Source: Glaucostegus cemiculus
Lineage: Eukaryota
NCBI GenBank assembly: GCA_976551045.1
Contig: CDPCPM010000005.1
Coordinates: 12,896,001-12,960,000 of the forward strand
Direction: 5' to 3'
Length of the DNA: 64,000 bases
Position numbers and translations under genes: made by a program. Shown in pieces: positions 1-12,904 of this stretch (position 1 is its first letter; each line of letters starts with the position of its first letter). The notes under the pieces are model-generated. The model saw only the letters and a program-made list of their open reading frames with translations, ran no database searches and was not told the origin of the DNA.

Positions 1-1170
1 GATTCTGATTTGGTGATGATGAAGGACCAATTATATATTTTTAAGTCGTAATGGTGTGTGATTTGGAATGGAACTTGCAGGTAGTGGTATTTCCACATGT
101 CTACTGTACTTAATGATGGAGATCACGGTGCAGTGGGAATAGGCAGAATGAGTAACATAATACATTTTGTAGGTGGTACACCCATCACGCAATATGCATC
201 AGGAGGGAAGTAACATTTGTCCCGGATGATGTCAAGCTTCTTGAGAGTTGATAGGGCAGCATTCATCCAAACAAGTGGAGTGTACTCCATCATACTCCTG
301 ACTGTAACCTTGTAGATGGAAAAAAGGCTTTGGTGTGTCTCTGGTGGTGAGGTTCCCACCATTTGACCTGCTTTTGCAACCGTAATAACTATGTTCCAGG
401 TAGAGTTGAATTTCTGATCATTGGTGATGCCTGGGATTTTGATAGTAAGGGTACCCTGAGATGGTAATATCAGAATGGTTAGACTGTGTCTTGTTGGAAC
501 TAGTTATTAGCTGGCACATTTGTGGCATGAAATACACTTCCTGAATGCTGTGTAGGTCTTGCTGCAGACAGATATGAATTGGTTCATATGCCAAGGACTG
601 TGAATAAAATTGAACATTGTGCATAATCAGTGAACTTCCCACTTCCAACCTTATAATGGAAGGAAGGTCAGTTATTGAGCTCCTGCAGATGGTTTGACCA
701 AGTACATTGTCCTGAGAAATCCCTGCAGTGATTCCTGGAGATGAGATGATTGATCTCCAACAACTACATTTGTGTGAAGTATGATTCCAACCATCGGAGT
801 GTTTTCCCATTTGGGGCCCATTGACTCCAGTTTTACCAGGACTGCTTCATGCCACATTTGGTCAAATGCTGCCTTGTTGTCAAGGGCATTCATTCCTGAT
901 TCACCTCTGGAATTTAGCTCATTGGCTCATGTTTGAATTAGGGCTGTGGTGAGATCTGTAATGGGATAGTCCTGACAAACCAATCTAGGTATCAGTGAGT
1001 AAGTGCTGCTTGATGGCCTTGTTGACATCTTCTAGTACTTTACTGACGATCGAGCATAGATTGGGTGGTAATTAGTTGGCATGGATTTATCCTGCTTTTT
1101 GTGAACACTGAGCATTTTGCCACATTGTTGTAACTGTACTGGAATACCTTTGTGAGAAGTGCAGTGTGTG
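1..1170 (-). mobile_element. Decayed CR1-group (Crack/Daphne-like) LINE, RT and 3' part
   Basis: Frameshifted fragments ALDNKAAFDQMWH, GITAGISQDNVLG..TDLPSIIR, VRSMMEYTPLVWMNAA. Confidence 0.75.
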
Positions 1171-1184
1171 TTTCGTGGTACAGC

Positions 1185-1390
1185 TTGAATGATTTTAAAG
1201 CAGGTGGGAACCTTGGATTGGAGTAGGGAGAGGTTAAAGATATCAGTGAATACTCCCGCCAGTTGGGCCATGTGGGATTGGAAGACACAGGAGCTCTATC
1301 TGGGACAGTTGCTTTCCATGGGTTCGCCCTCGGGTAGGCTGATCTGATATCTGTGACAGTGGCTATGGGTATAGGCATCAAAGGTTGTCT
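1185..1390 (-). mobile_element. Rex/Babar LINE internal fragment
   Basis: NPWKATVPD...[24 protein letters not shown] motif, also seen in the copy at 2770-4225. Confidence 0.7.
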
Positions 1391-1639
1391 GGTTGGGTAG
1401 TGCCTATTATATTAGAATATCAATATTTGTGATTAACAGAAGCTCCACTTGGCAAGAGAAAATATCTGGCCTTGAAATGAGTAAATGCTTGATCAGTAAA
1501 TGCTTCATTCCTAATTGAATAGTGAAATAAAAATCCTACTAATGTCTCTGAAACCTGTCTCCTGAATTGTCCTGAATCAGACAGCCTGTGAACAGGTTAT
1601 CTGATTTTTACTGAAAAGCTAAAATCTAAACATTTTAGA

Positions 1640-1745
1640 AACCTGAAGTAAAAACTAAGTGCTGAAAATACTCAGTAAGTTAGGCAGTCTCTCTGAAGAG
1701 AATAACAGGGTTAACATTTCAGGTTGATGACCTTGCATCTGATTT
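1640..1745 (-). repeat. Degenerate copy of the hammerhead-bearing repeat
   Basis: Minus strand CAGATGC-AAGGTC-ATC-AACCT-GAAA-TGTT followed by the same body. Confidence 0.55.
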
Positions 1746-2769
1746 TTATTTCCTCACACTGAAGAATTTGTTCACTTTCAATCTGTTTTCAGCAGCTAAA
1801 GAATTTTGTGTGATGAGTTGTTTTTGTAGGACTTGTAATGTCAAAAATTAATTGACAATATAAAACAGGATGCTTTTCACCTATTATATTGCTTTCAGCT
1901 GTGAATGATCACTTTCTGTGACAGACTGACTATAAATATTAATTATTAATTCCCAGTTTTAGAGAATTAAGCCTAATACATAATTCATGGCAAGTCATAA
2001 AAATGAAAAGGACCTAACATTATCTAAGAAACTGCAAACATTCTGAATAAGTGAAGACGTGTAGTTAGGAGCACGATTACTCAGTTGCATATTTTGTCAC
2101 TTCATAAGATTAATTTGAAAATAACTAATAAAGAAAATGGTGAGCCTAATTGACTCCAGTAAACTTATAGCTTTAACTGACACAAGTCTCTGTCTCATAT
2201 TATTAGATTACCTGTTTAGAAATTAATTGTGGAAGTGAGAATAACATGAAACTTAAGCCATTGGGCAGAAGAAACAATAACAGAAAATGTTTCATGGATG
2301 CTTTGTCTCTTCGCATGTGCTCACTGAATTTTTTTGCAGGTTTGTCACACTTATTATCTCTAGGTTTTTTTTGGAAGATTATTTGGCAGTTTCTTCATTC
2401 ATTTTTGTATATTTTCTGCAACCATGCTGTATACCAGCCATAAAATAAACTATCTGTTTTCAAGTCTCTGAAATTAATTTTTCCTGTTCCTTTGACAATA
2501 CTACTTGTGAGCTGGCCACCAGGAGGAATTTAAAATAATCAATGAAACTGGAACATTTAGGTTGCCTTTCCTTCTTAGAGGGAAGTATATTAAGCAGTCT
2601 CACCACTTCACCCAGTGATGTAGCGGAGTCAAAGAATTTGCATCCTTCCATTGTGTTGTATCTGCTGGGATGTTGACTGATATCTGATGGTACAGCTTAC
2701 TGTTTTGTGATTTACAAAGAATAGATCAGAAATCTTTCTAAATGGTGAAAAGCTAAAAATAGCAAAGGT

Positions 2770-4225
2770 CAGAATCAGGTTTATTATCACTGACGTATGA
2801 TGTGAAATTTGTTATTTTGTGGCAGCACTACAGTGCAATACATAAAAATCTATAAATTACAAAAATAAATACAGTGCAAAAAAAGGGAACAATCAGGTGT
2901 ACATAGATCGTTCAGAAATCTGATCGCAGAGGGGAAGAAGCTGGTCCTGAATTGTTGAGTTTGGGTCAACAGGCTCCTGTACCTCCTCCCTCAATGTAGT
3001 AATGAGAAGAAGCTACATCCCAAATGTTGAGGTCCTTAATGATGGATGCTGCCTTTTTGAAGCACCGCCTCTTGAAGGTGTCATTGATGGAGGAAAAGGT
3101 TGTGCCTGTGATGGAGTTGGCTGAGTCCATAACACTCTAAAGCCTCTTGTGATCCTGTGCATAAGACACTTCATTCCAGACTGTGATGCAACCAGCCAGA
3201 ATGCTCTCCACTGTATATCTATAGAAATCTTAAAGAGTCTTTGGTAACATACCAAATCTCCTCGCACTCCTAATGAAGTAGAGCCACTGGCGTGCCTGCT
3301 TTGTGAATGCATCAATGTGTTGTGCCCAGGGTAGATCCTCTGAGATGTTGATCCCCAGGAACTTGAAGCTACTCACACTTTCCACTGTTGATCCTTCAAT
3401 GAGGACTCATGTTCTCTCGATTTCCCCTTCCTGAAGTCCAAAATCAGTTCCTTGGTCTTGTTGACATTGAGTGCGAGGTTGTTGTTGCAACACCACTCAA
3501 CCAGCCAATCTGTCTCACTCCTGTACACCTCCTCATCACCATCTGAGATTCTACCAACAACAGTGGTGTCATTGGCGAATTTGTAGATGGTCCTTGAGCT
3601 GTGTCAAGCCACACAGTCATGAGTATAGAGAGAGTACAGCATGCCTGCATGAGGAGCACCTGTGTTGTTAATCAGTGAGGAGATGTCATTGCTGATCTGC
3701 ACTGACTGTGGTCTCCATATGAGGAAGTCAAAGATACAGTTGCAGAGGGAGGTACAGAGGCCCAGGTTTTGAAGCTTGGTTATTGGTACTGAGGGAATAA
3801 TGGTGTTGAACGCTGAGCTTAAATCAATAAACAGTAGCCTGACATATGTCTTGCAGTTGTCTAGGTTCTCCAAAGCAGAGTGGAGAGCCAGTGAGATTGC
3901 ATCTGCCAATAGACCTGTTGTGGTGGTAGGTAAATTGCAATAAGTCCAGGTCCTTGCTCAGGCAGGAGTTAACTCTAGCCAAAACTAACCTCTTGAAGCA
4001 CTTCATCACAGTAGATATGAGTGTTACTGGACAATAGTCATTGAGGCTGCTCACCCTGCTCTTCTTGGGCACTGGAGTGATTACCTCCCCTTTGAAGTAG
4101 TTGGGAACCTCAGATTGAAGCAGTTGGGAACCTCAGATTAAAGCAGTGAGAGGTTGAAGATGTCCTTGAATACTCCAGCCAGTTGGTCTGCACAGATTTT
4201 CAGTACCCGGCCGGGTACACCATCA
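2770..4225 (-). mobile_element. 5'-truncated Rex/Babar LINE with 3' UTR and (CTGATT)n tail
   Basis: [52 protein letters not shown] (degenerate FADD); ends AATAAACCTGATTCTGA. Confidence 0.88.
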
Positions 4226-4289
4226 TCTAAAATAAGGGGCCCATATATATAATCATTAAAAAGGTGAACATGAACAAAAGACAATTAAG

Positions 4290-4860
4290 GCTAATCCAGT
4301 CCTGGACTAGAATAAAAGGGTATAGAAGTTAAAATAGTTCTGCCAGGGTTATATAAAGCTCTGGATAAACTACATTTGTGCTCAGATCTGAAAATGCATG
4401 TCATAGAATGAAAACATTGGCTTTTGAGAGAGTATAGATATATCACAATGATTCATGGACACAAAGGGTTAAATTACAAAATGTGGTTACACAAAATAGG
4501 GTTATATTCACTGGAATTTAGATGCATAAAGCATAATACGAGAGGAATTTTTTAAAAGAAAAGAGTGGGAATTGATGGGGCGGAGAGTGGAAAACAAATC
4601 CTGCTGTTCAGGGGACATATTGCAAACATTAGAGCCAGGGCTTTCTGAAGCAAAATTAGGAAACATTTCTACACATGAAGGGTGGTAAAAATTTATCTTT
4701 AACAATTGATATTAGGTTTCACATTTTATTCATAAATTATTATTTTAACATTTAAGAGTGATGGATTTTTGTAATCAAGGGTTTGAAGGGATATTGAGCA
4801 AAGCTGAGTGAATGGAGTTATGATACCTACCTATAAACACATTCAATAGCAGCGCAGGCC
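4290..4860 (+). mobile_element. Highly decayed CR1 3' fragment
   Basis: Degenerate similarity to the 3' end of the CR1 at 17388-19924. Confidence 0.5.
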
Positions 4861-4894
4861 AGCAGCACAATGGCCATCACCCTTACCCTACCAA

Positions 4895-5300
4895 GAATAT
4901 GAGGTGCTGTTCCTCTAATCTGCGTTTAGCCGCAACTTGGCAGATGAGGAGGATGTGAGCAGACATATCACTGCTGGAATGGGAAGTGGAATTAAAATGG
5001 CTGTCACCAGAAGAGCCTGGCTGTTTTGGCGGTCAGAGTGAAGATGCTCAACAAAGCGGTTCCCCCAGTCTGTGTTGGGTCTTGCTGATGTGGAGGAGAC
5101 TGCACCAGGAACACCAGATGCAATAAATGACACCAATGGATTCACATGTGAAGGACTGCCTCACCTGGAAGGACTTTTTAGGGCCCTGAATGATGGTGAG
5201 GGAGGAAATGTAGGGGCAGGTGTAATAGTTAATGCAGTTCAGGTATAAGTGCCTGGAGGGGGATCAGTGGGGAGGGACGAGCGGACAAGGGAGTCCACTA
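4895..5300 (-). mobile_element. Penelope-like element remnant (GIY-YIG endonuclease region)
   Basis: Minus-strand translation SFQVRQSFTCESIGVIYCIWCSWCSLLHISKTQHRLGNRFVEHLHS fits the PLE C-x-VIY-C-x2-C-(Y)IG-T-RL-RF-EH pattern. Confidence 0.8.
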
Positions 5301-6759
5301 CTGGTTCCTACACTAGTTCCAATGTTTCCATGTGCAGAAGAGGAAAAATATATTTTCTTAATAAATCTGCTTTTTTCATGGCACTTCAGTTCACTGTTGT
5401 GTATCTTACCTCTATGATAATACAACTTCAGCCTGAATTTTTACAGGAAAATGGCAGCAGTGTCACTCACAAGTACCAATGCCATAAGGATGTCTTCATG
5501 AACCTGGTAGCTCCAAGCTTCCTGACATATTTTCACCAGGAAATCTACAAATAAACTCCACCATGTGGTGGAACATTAAAACTGTATCAATTATCTGCTT
5601 GAATAATTTAAGGCAGGATAGCTGGGAGAAACTAAGATTATATTGTTAATTGACATGATTTTGAATTGTTTTAGTTCAAATACTTTTAATAGTTTTATGT
5701 ATTTAATGTGAATATAACTGTTAATATTTAGTTTTGAGTTATTTTACTGTTTTTTTTTGTTATTTGTATACTTAATTGTCTTTAAATAGTGAGAAATATC
5801 CAGAGTGTTTTAACAGGGCGGTGGTTTAGTTGTCTGACAAAGTTTTTATAAGCACTTTTCTAGGCGGAGCTTGTCCTGATCTCCTCCCCAACCCCGCACC
5901 TACTCAGCATGGGATAGGATTTGTGTGTGTAAAGTCCTACTGTCATGCAGGGTCACACTACTGATTGCAACACTGCCGCTTTCCAGTAAGTTGCTCTTTG
6001 GAGATCCCCACAAGGTGAATATGATCTTTATTTGCAAGTCAGCAGCAAGCACAGGCAACCAATTCTGGAGATAATGTGAACCCAAAGTAAAACTTTTATT
6101 TTTAACAGGCATGGCATTTGTTTTTTGAGACACCTTAAAATCTTGGTTTGAGGAGCCCTACATTTTATTAGACTGACATCAAATACTATTTATTTAATCA
6201 GGTATCAAATCTCCATATTGATGATAGTGAAAAGGCAGATTTACAATTTTAAAAGTAGTTGCCAAAATAGTAAACAATGGTCAGTACAAGTGGAAATGAT
6301 AAGATATGAAGCTCAGAATCTAGTGTTTGTGCTTCAGCTTCTGTGATACCTCATGAGTATTCAGTGTGTTTATAAGGATGTAATTTCATCTTTTCTTTCT
6401 CCACTTTAGCTATGACTAAAGGGGCATGAGTATGACAGGTAACAAGATTAGAGGTCACTGCAGGCTTTAGCATGTCCCCTTCCTTTGGACTCCATTATCG
6501 AGTTGCATTTTCCAGCCATCAAGCACAGGCACTCTTTCAAGTAAACATTCACATTCAATTATGCATTCACAATCAATTTTACTCTTATATTCTTTGTCCA
6601 ATCAAATTCACTCAATCAGAAGCTCCATTCCCATTGACACTCACTTACTAATTTGCCTTGTCACACTCATTCTTCATCAGTCTCTCAAACCCTGGCTTTG
6701 TTCAGTCTGGCTTACTTAATAACATTTTTGCAGATTCTTAGATTGTAAAACCTTTTGCA

Positions 6760-7620
6760 ACTGTGTGGGGGAGAAAAATGTACATGGAGAATAAAGACAT
6801 GGCGGAGGCATTAACTATATTGTACTTGTCATTAGAAACAACACAACAAATACAATGGAAATGGAGGGAAACCAAGAATCAAATGACAAATGAAGGACTT
6901 AATTAATATTACTAAAAAGAAAGCATTGGAGAAAATAAGGGCCCTAAAATTGAAGATATCCCTGAACCTGTTTGTGTGCACCCATAATTCTTAAAGAGAT
7001 GCTGAGATAGCAGTTTCCTTAATTTAGCAAATGGTATGTTGGTCTTCATTGTACAAAAATAAGTATATTTTGTTGATATTGTACAGATTCTTATTTGGAG
7101 TACCATATGCAACATTGGCCTTTGTACCTGAAGAACTACTTGCTTGCCTTGGAATCGGTGCAGCAATGATTCACATGACTCATTCCCAGGATGTGGTCGT
7201 TGTCTTATGAGGAGAGATTGAGTAAGATTGGCTGATACACACTATTGATTAGAAGAATATGGAGTCATAGAAAATTCTGAGAGGGTTGACAGAGTACTTT
7301 CCAAGAAGCTGTTTCCTTTAACTGGAGAATCTTGTCTTAGAGAAGGAGCTGGCCATTTAAAACGTAGAAGAGACATTTCTACATGTACAGTTATGATTCT
7401 TTGGAATTCTGTGGCACAGAAAGCTGAGAATGCTCAGCCATTGAATACGTTCAAGGCTGTGGCTGATAAATTTTCGTTCACCAAAGGAATCATAGGATAT
7501 GGAAACTCAGAGTGAAAATGGACATGAAAGGATAGAATCAGCCATGATTTTATTGAATAGTAGATCAGATTGGAGGGCAAGATGGGTACTTCAATTATCT
7601 ATTTCTTGTGTTATTATGTC
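6760..7620 (+). mobile_element. Decayed, internally deleted CR1 LINE
   Basis: Degenerate matches to CR1 ORF2 and 3' UTR. Confidence 0.6.
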
Positions 7621-9011
7621 TCTGATTTTTGTTCCTGCCAGTAAGGGACAGACACTATTTACTACCATTGGACAAAAGTATTTATGAACAATTGAAAGTA
7701 AGTGCCTCTGTCCCTAATGTTAGTACAATATGCTTAATGTAAAGGCAAAATAATTACTTTATAATTAGATTTTACTTTTTTTAATATACTAGATGGTCAC
7801 CAAAAATTCAGTTCATGCTAAGAGGGTCAGCCTCTTAATGAAATGTAAATTAAATATTCTAGAAATTGGTCTCCAAAAATTTAGACATATTAAATAGCAA
7901 TAATTGTTGAACATCAAAATTGCATCAGATTCCTGTAGATGTAAATTTTGCTAAATAGTAAACAAAGGGGTGGTCATGACCCAGGCTGCTACTAAATTCT
8001 CAAATTCATTTTATTGCACACATCTTTTTTTGTAAAACACTGTGGAATCTGGACATTTGAAACCAGAAGATGCTTAAATAGTTAGGTTAGAACGGCAACA
8101 GCATATTTTGTCAGAACTGGAATGAGATAGAGATGTAATCTGTTGAAGAATATAAGTAGTAAGGAAAGACAGGAGAAATAAACATAGCGGGAGGGTGAAA
8201 AACAGGAAAGTGTAAGTTACAAGATGGAGGATGGGGTACGTGAACATGTAAAGAAACACATGATTAGTCTAGGACATGTAATTAGGAATACTTGCTATTC
8301 ATAATGATTCTATTTGCAAAATGGAAGATGTGGTTATGATTGGAAATGATTTAGCTTTAGTCCAGAAGGATATAATATAATTAATCAAAAGGATCTATTC
8401 CTCGAGATAATGTTGAGCATTATTGGAATGGTTAGAGGCTGAAGACAAGTCTAATACCTAGAAGCTCAAGGTCAACCTTGCAGAGAGGATGGAAGTGATA
8501 TCAATGAGGAAAGCTATTTTTATATATATATGGGCCAGTAGTTAGGATCTGGAATGCATTACCAGCGTAGTAAAAGAGGCAGATTATTTGAATTATTCAG
8601 ATGACAGTCGGATAACTACCTGAAAAGGAAATAATTTGCAGGCCATGATGAGAAAGCAGGGGAGTGAGACTAGGTGGATTGCATTAACATGTAGCCAGTG
8701 TGGATTTTTTGGTCTGAATGGCCTGCTATCTTGCTGTAATGATGTGTGACTTCATAAAATTGCCATTATTCTCACTGTGTTGGAGACTCCATAAACAATG
8801 AATCTAGTGCATGGAAACAAGAATGCAAAGAGTGCTATAGTGGGCCTGATGGTATGAGGAGATGGATAAAAAGAGCAGGTGTTGAATCGCCTGCACAGGT
8901 ACAGACAAGTGCAATAGGAAGGGGATTGGATGCTGGCAAAAAACTGAGTAAACCAAATTGTTTCAGAGGAAATGGTCTTCTTGAATGGCTGGAAATAAAA
9001 GTTAAGTCTTT

Positions 9012-9115
9012 TAGTTCTGATGAAGAGTCTTCGACTTGAAATGTCAGCTATTTCTCTTCCCACGGATGTGTACTGACCTGCTGAGTATTTCCAGCATTTT
9101 GATTTTTATTTTTAG
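9012..9115 (+). repeat. Penelope-associated short repeat with minimal hammerhead ribozyme core
   Basis: TAGTT-CTGATGA-AGAGTC-TTC-GACTT-GAAA-TGTC-AGCTA, followed by the family body CTGACCTGCTGAGTATTTCCAGCATTTT. Confidence 0.7.
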
Positions 9116-10379
9116 ATGACTTTTCCGAACTGATGGAGAATGTGGATATAATGGGGTGGAAGGACAATGGGAACGAGTGTGGGTCTGGAAGGGGAAAGGG
9201 ATAGATCATGTGTGTGTGGAAATAGAATTCATCAAGGACCTATGGTGGAGGGATTTTCGTGACTATGGAAAAGGAATATACTTAAATCAGTGGTATGAAA
9301 GATGGCATTATCAGAAGGGTGATGGAGAAGTGGAAGAATACAATGGAAGCAGAGTAGGTGATTAAGATATCTGCGGGATTCAGAGGGCATATGGTTTCCA
9401 AAGAGGAGATAGAGGTCAAGGAAGAACTGGAGATGCCAAGGCAAAACAAAATAGAAATTTGAAACAATTGATGGAACTTTCAAATTTACAGGAACTATGA
9501 ATGCTAACTCTGGACCAAGACACCAGCATCAACCTTCCAGAAATTGAAGAAAAGTCATCATTGTACTGAGAGGGAAGGAACCAGATGACAGGACCAAAAA
9601 TGCACCTTTCTGCTCACAAAATGACATGCATAACTGGTACTCCTGTGTGTTCTCACAGCAACACTCTTATCTAGAGGAAGCAAGTAACCTCTCCTTTGAT
9701 GCAGTGTGAGACTGAGAAGCATCGTGTTGGATGGGGAATGGCTGAAACTTCAATTAAGATGTACAGAATAACATTTAAACTCTCTTTAGGACTGGATGTC
9801 TGGGTGAAGAGAGTTTGGGATAGAAAATAGTTTAAATGGCAGAGAGTATGAGAGAAGTAAGAAGGTACCAAAGAAAATAATAAAAATGTCAGTTCTATGA
9901 GACAACAGGCCTAAGCATTGAGTTTACCAGACAGCCCTGATTGTGGATCTAGGATAATGCATGATTGGGAGAACTATCAAGTTGGAGGTCATGGAAGAAT
10001 GAGCTCTAGAGAAGATAGGTCAGTGGAAGTCTGTGAGACCATTTCCAGAAGGTTGATGGTGATGTTTTGCTCCAAAGTTAGCATCCACCCTTCAAAAGAT
10101 AGTCAGATTGCAAACCAGAACAGAATGACCATCATTTATTCAACATAATTAGTTTCAGATGAGAAAGCAGAAGGTGAGGCATTAATACATAGTGGAAGTA
10201 ATGCTCAACATCACGCCTAAATAAACAAATAGGTTGATATTTAACTTGAGTCATGGTGTTCTAACAACAGTAAGATACTCAAACAAATCCTGAATATAAG
10301 AATACATTTTCTGTATTCAAGCACATGAAGTGTGCTTAATCACCCAAGAGATTCTATAAGTATAATTAAGAGCAAAAGG

Positions 10380-11275
10380 GTAGCTAGGGATAACTTATGG
10401 ATCACTGTCGTCGGCTATGTGTGGATCCACAGGAGGTGGGCGAGGTCTTAAATGAATACCTCTCTTCTGTATTTACTGTGGAGTAGGTCATGGCAAGTGT
10501 TGAATTTTGGGAAGTTAAACCAAGGCAGTACTTGCATACTCATTAGCAAGGCCCTGGGATAGTGTTGTAGAACAGAGAGACCTAAGGGCACAAGTACACA
10601 GTTCCCTGAAAGTAGCGACACCACCACCCTACCTGTGTCATTACTGTCAACCTAAGGTGGTGTTCTGCCCACTTGCCTTAATTAGTCAGGGCATTGAGTA
10701 CAAGACTTGGGACATCCTGTTACAGCTGTACAAGATGTTGGTGAGACCACACTGGGAGTATTGTGTGCAGTTCTAGTTGCTTAGCTCACAGGAAGAACGT
10801 GATTAAGCTGGAAAGGATGCAGAAAAGATTCACAAGGATGTTACTGGGACTGGAGGGCTTGAGTTACAAGGAGAGACTTTACAGGCTGGGGCTTTTTACC
10901 CTTTAGCGTAGGAGGTTAAGGGGTGACCTTGTAAAAGGTTAATAAAATTAAGGGGCATAGATCAAGTGAATGCTAACAGTCTTTTTCTTAGGGTAGGGGA
11001 GTCTGGAACTAATGGATATAAATTTAGTGTGAGAGGGGAAAGATTTAGAGGGGATCTGAGGGACATTTTCCAGAGGGTTGTGAGTATGTGGAACAAGCCA
11101 TCAGAGAAAGAAGTAGAGATGGGTACAATTACAACATTTAAAAGGCATTTAGATTGGAAAGGTTTAGAGGGATATTGGCCAAATGCAGGCAAATTGGACT
11201 AGTTCAAGTAGGCAACTTGGTTAGCATGGTCAAGCTGGCCAGAGGGCCTGTTTCCGTGCTGTATGACTATGACTT
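10380..11275 (+). mobile_element. CR1 LINE 3' part with internal deletions
   Basis: LYKMLVRPHWEYCVQF-like segment and 3' GGCCAGAGGGCCTGTTTCCGTGCTGTATGACTATGACT tail. Confidence 0.8.
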
Positions 11276-11404
11276 TAATAAGATTGTTCAGCTTCAAGCA
11301 CAAAGAGTTATGTAAGAATATGATGCAGTGATGGGAATAACAGTAACCTGGCTTTAAAATGGTGAGGGCCATGTGCTTAATATTCTTGGACACCAAGTAT
11401 TCAG

Positions 11405-12135
11405 TAAAGAAATGGCAGATATAATTTAGTCTTGATAAATGGAGGGTGATGCACTTTGGGAAGACAAATCAAAGTTAGGAAATACACAATGAATGGGAGA
11501 CCTTAGGCTGTATTGTGGAACAGAGGGACCTCACTGTACAAGTTACTGGATCCCTGAAGGTGGCAGAAAAGGCAGAGAACGTGGTGAAAAAGCTATGTGG
11601 GATACTTTCATTGGCCTGGCTGTACAGTATTATGAGCAGGGAGATTATGGTACCACTTTATAAAACACTGATTAGGCTACAAGCTGAAGTATTGTGCATA
11701 GTTCTGGTCACCACAGTAGGAATGTGATTGTAAAAATGAGGCTGCAGAGAAGATTCATGAGGATGCTACCTGGGGTAGAGTGTTTCATTTATGAGAAAAG
11801 ACCAAAGAGATTGGGTTTGTTTTACTTGAAATGGTGGAGGCTGAGGAAGGACCTGATAGAGGTATACAAAATTGATGGCAGTGAGGTGGACGGTGAGAAA
11901 CTTTGCCCCATAACAGATAGAGAGCCGATGTTTAAGGTGAGGACAAAGGTTTAGAAGGGTTCTGGAGGGTGGTGGTTGCAGGTATGCTCACAACATTGAA
12001 ACAAATATAAAGATGAGTGTTTGAATCAATGCATAGAATGGTACAGACAAAATGTTGGTAAATGGGATGAGTGTGGATGGGTACGATGGTTGACATAGAT
12101 GTGGTGGGTCTTGGGGCCTGTTCCTCTGCTAGGTG
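11405..12135 (+). mobile_element. Decayed CR1 LINE 3' part
   Basis: EQRDL.VQV..SLKVA and LQRRFMRMLPG motifs. Confidence 0.75.
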
Positions 12136-12904
12136 ACTCAATGCTTATGAGCGAAGGAAGGCAAAAAGCAAGATAGGGTGACAGTATTGATGAGGAAAGG
12201 CCATGTTCTGCAGGGGGCAGGGACAAAATACAGTTGGTTAGAGCTGCAAAGGCAAAAGGGTATGGCCATCTACAGGGATTTACTATAGGCCTGCAAATGG
12301 AGGGAAAGGAGCAAATCTTAGGGAAATCAGAGCTTTACAAGAAATGTAATGATATTGGAAGAAAATATCCAAGCATCTGACTCTTTCCCCAACAGCAAAC
12401 TGCCCCAGTCCTCTCTCCAGGTCCTTCTGACCACCTAGTCATTGACTTCCTCTACAATCCTCATTGTCTTCAACAAAAGAAGATCAGAAGGAAGCACTAT
12501 GCGACTCCACATGTAACTTTGGGCCTTGTGCAGAATAAAATATTTGATCTTCCTCCTCAAAGGGCCAAGCCAACAGCTGGTCCATGGACTGTAGTTGGGC
12601 ATCTGTGCTCTTGAGGTATTGGCCATTTTAATCTGATTATATACAATCTGTGCCAACAACATGCAATTTGACATTAACTGTATATGCTCACAAGTGAGGT
12701 AACAAGGATTGCTTTGATAGAAATTGGAAACCTGGGATGAACTGAGCCACTTTAACACAATGTGTATACATTTCTATCATTCATCTAACCTGTTTCATTT
12801 ACTGGCAAACCTTACAAAGTAAAACTCACTGATTATATTCAGCAGTTAGAACTTAAGTTATGAACAGATGTTGAAGCAATCATTCCTAAAATATAAGCAA
12901 ACTG

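Noticed and set aside
5410-5544. Exon-like 135-nt segment on minus strand (TAG acceptor, GTAAGA donor)
   Set aside because: Stop codons in all three frames and no homology recognised; more likely a repeat or chance match. A non-coding exon cannot be excluded without RNA data.
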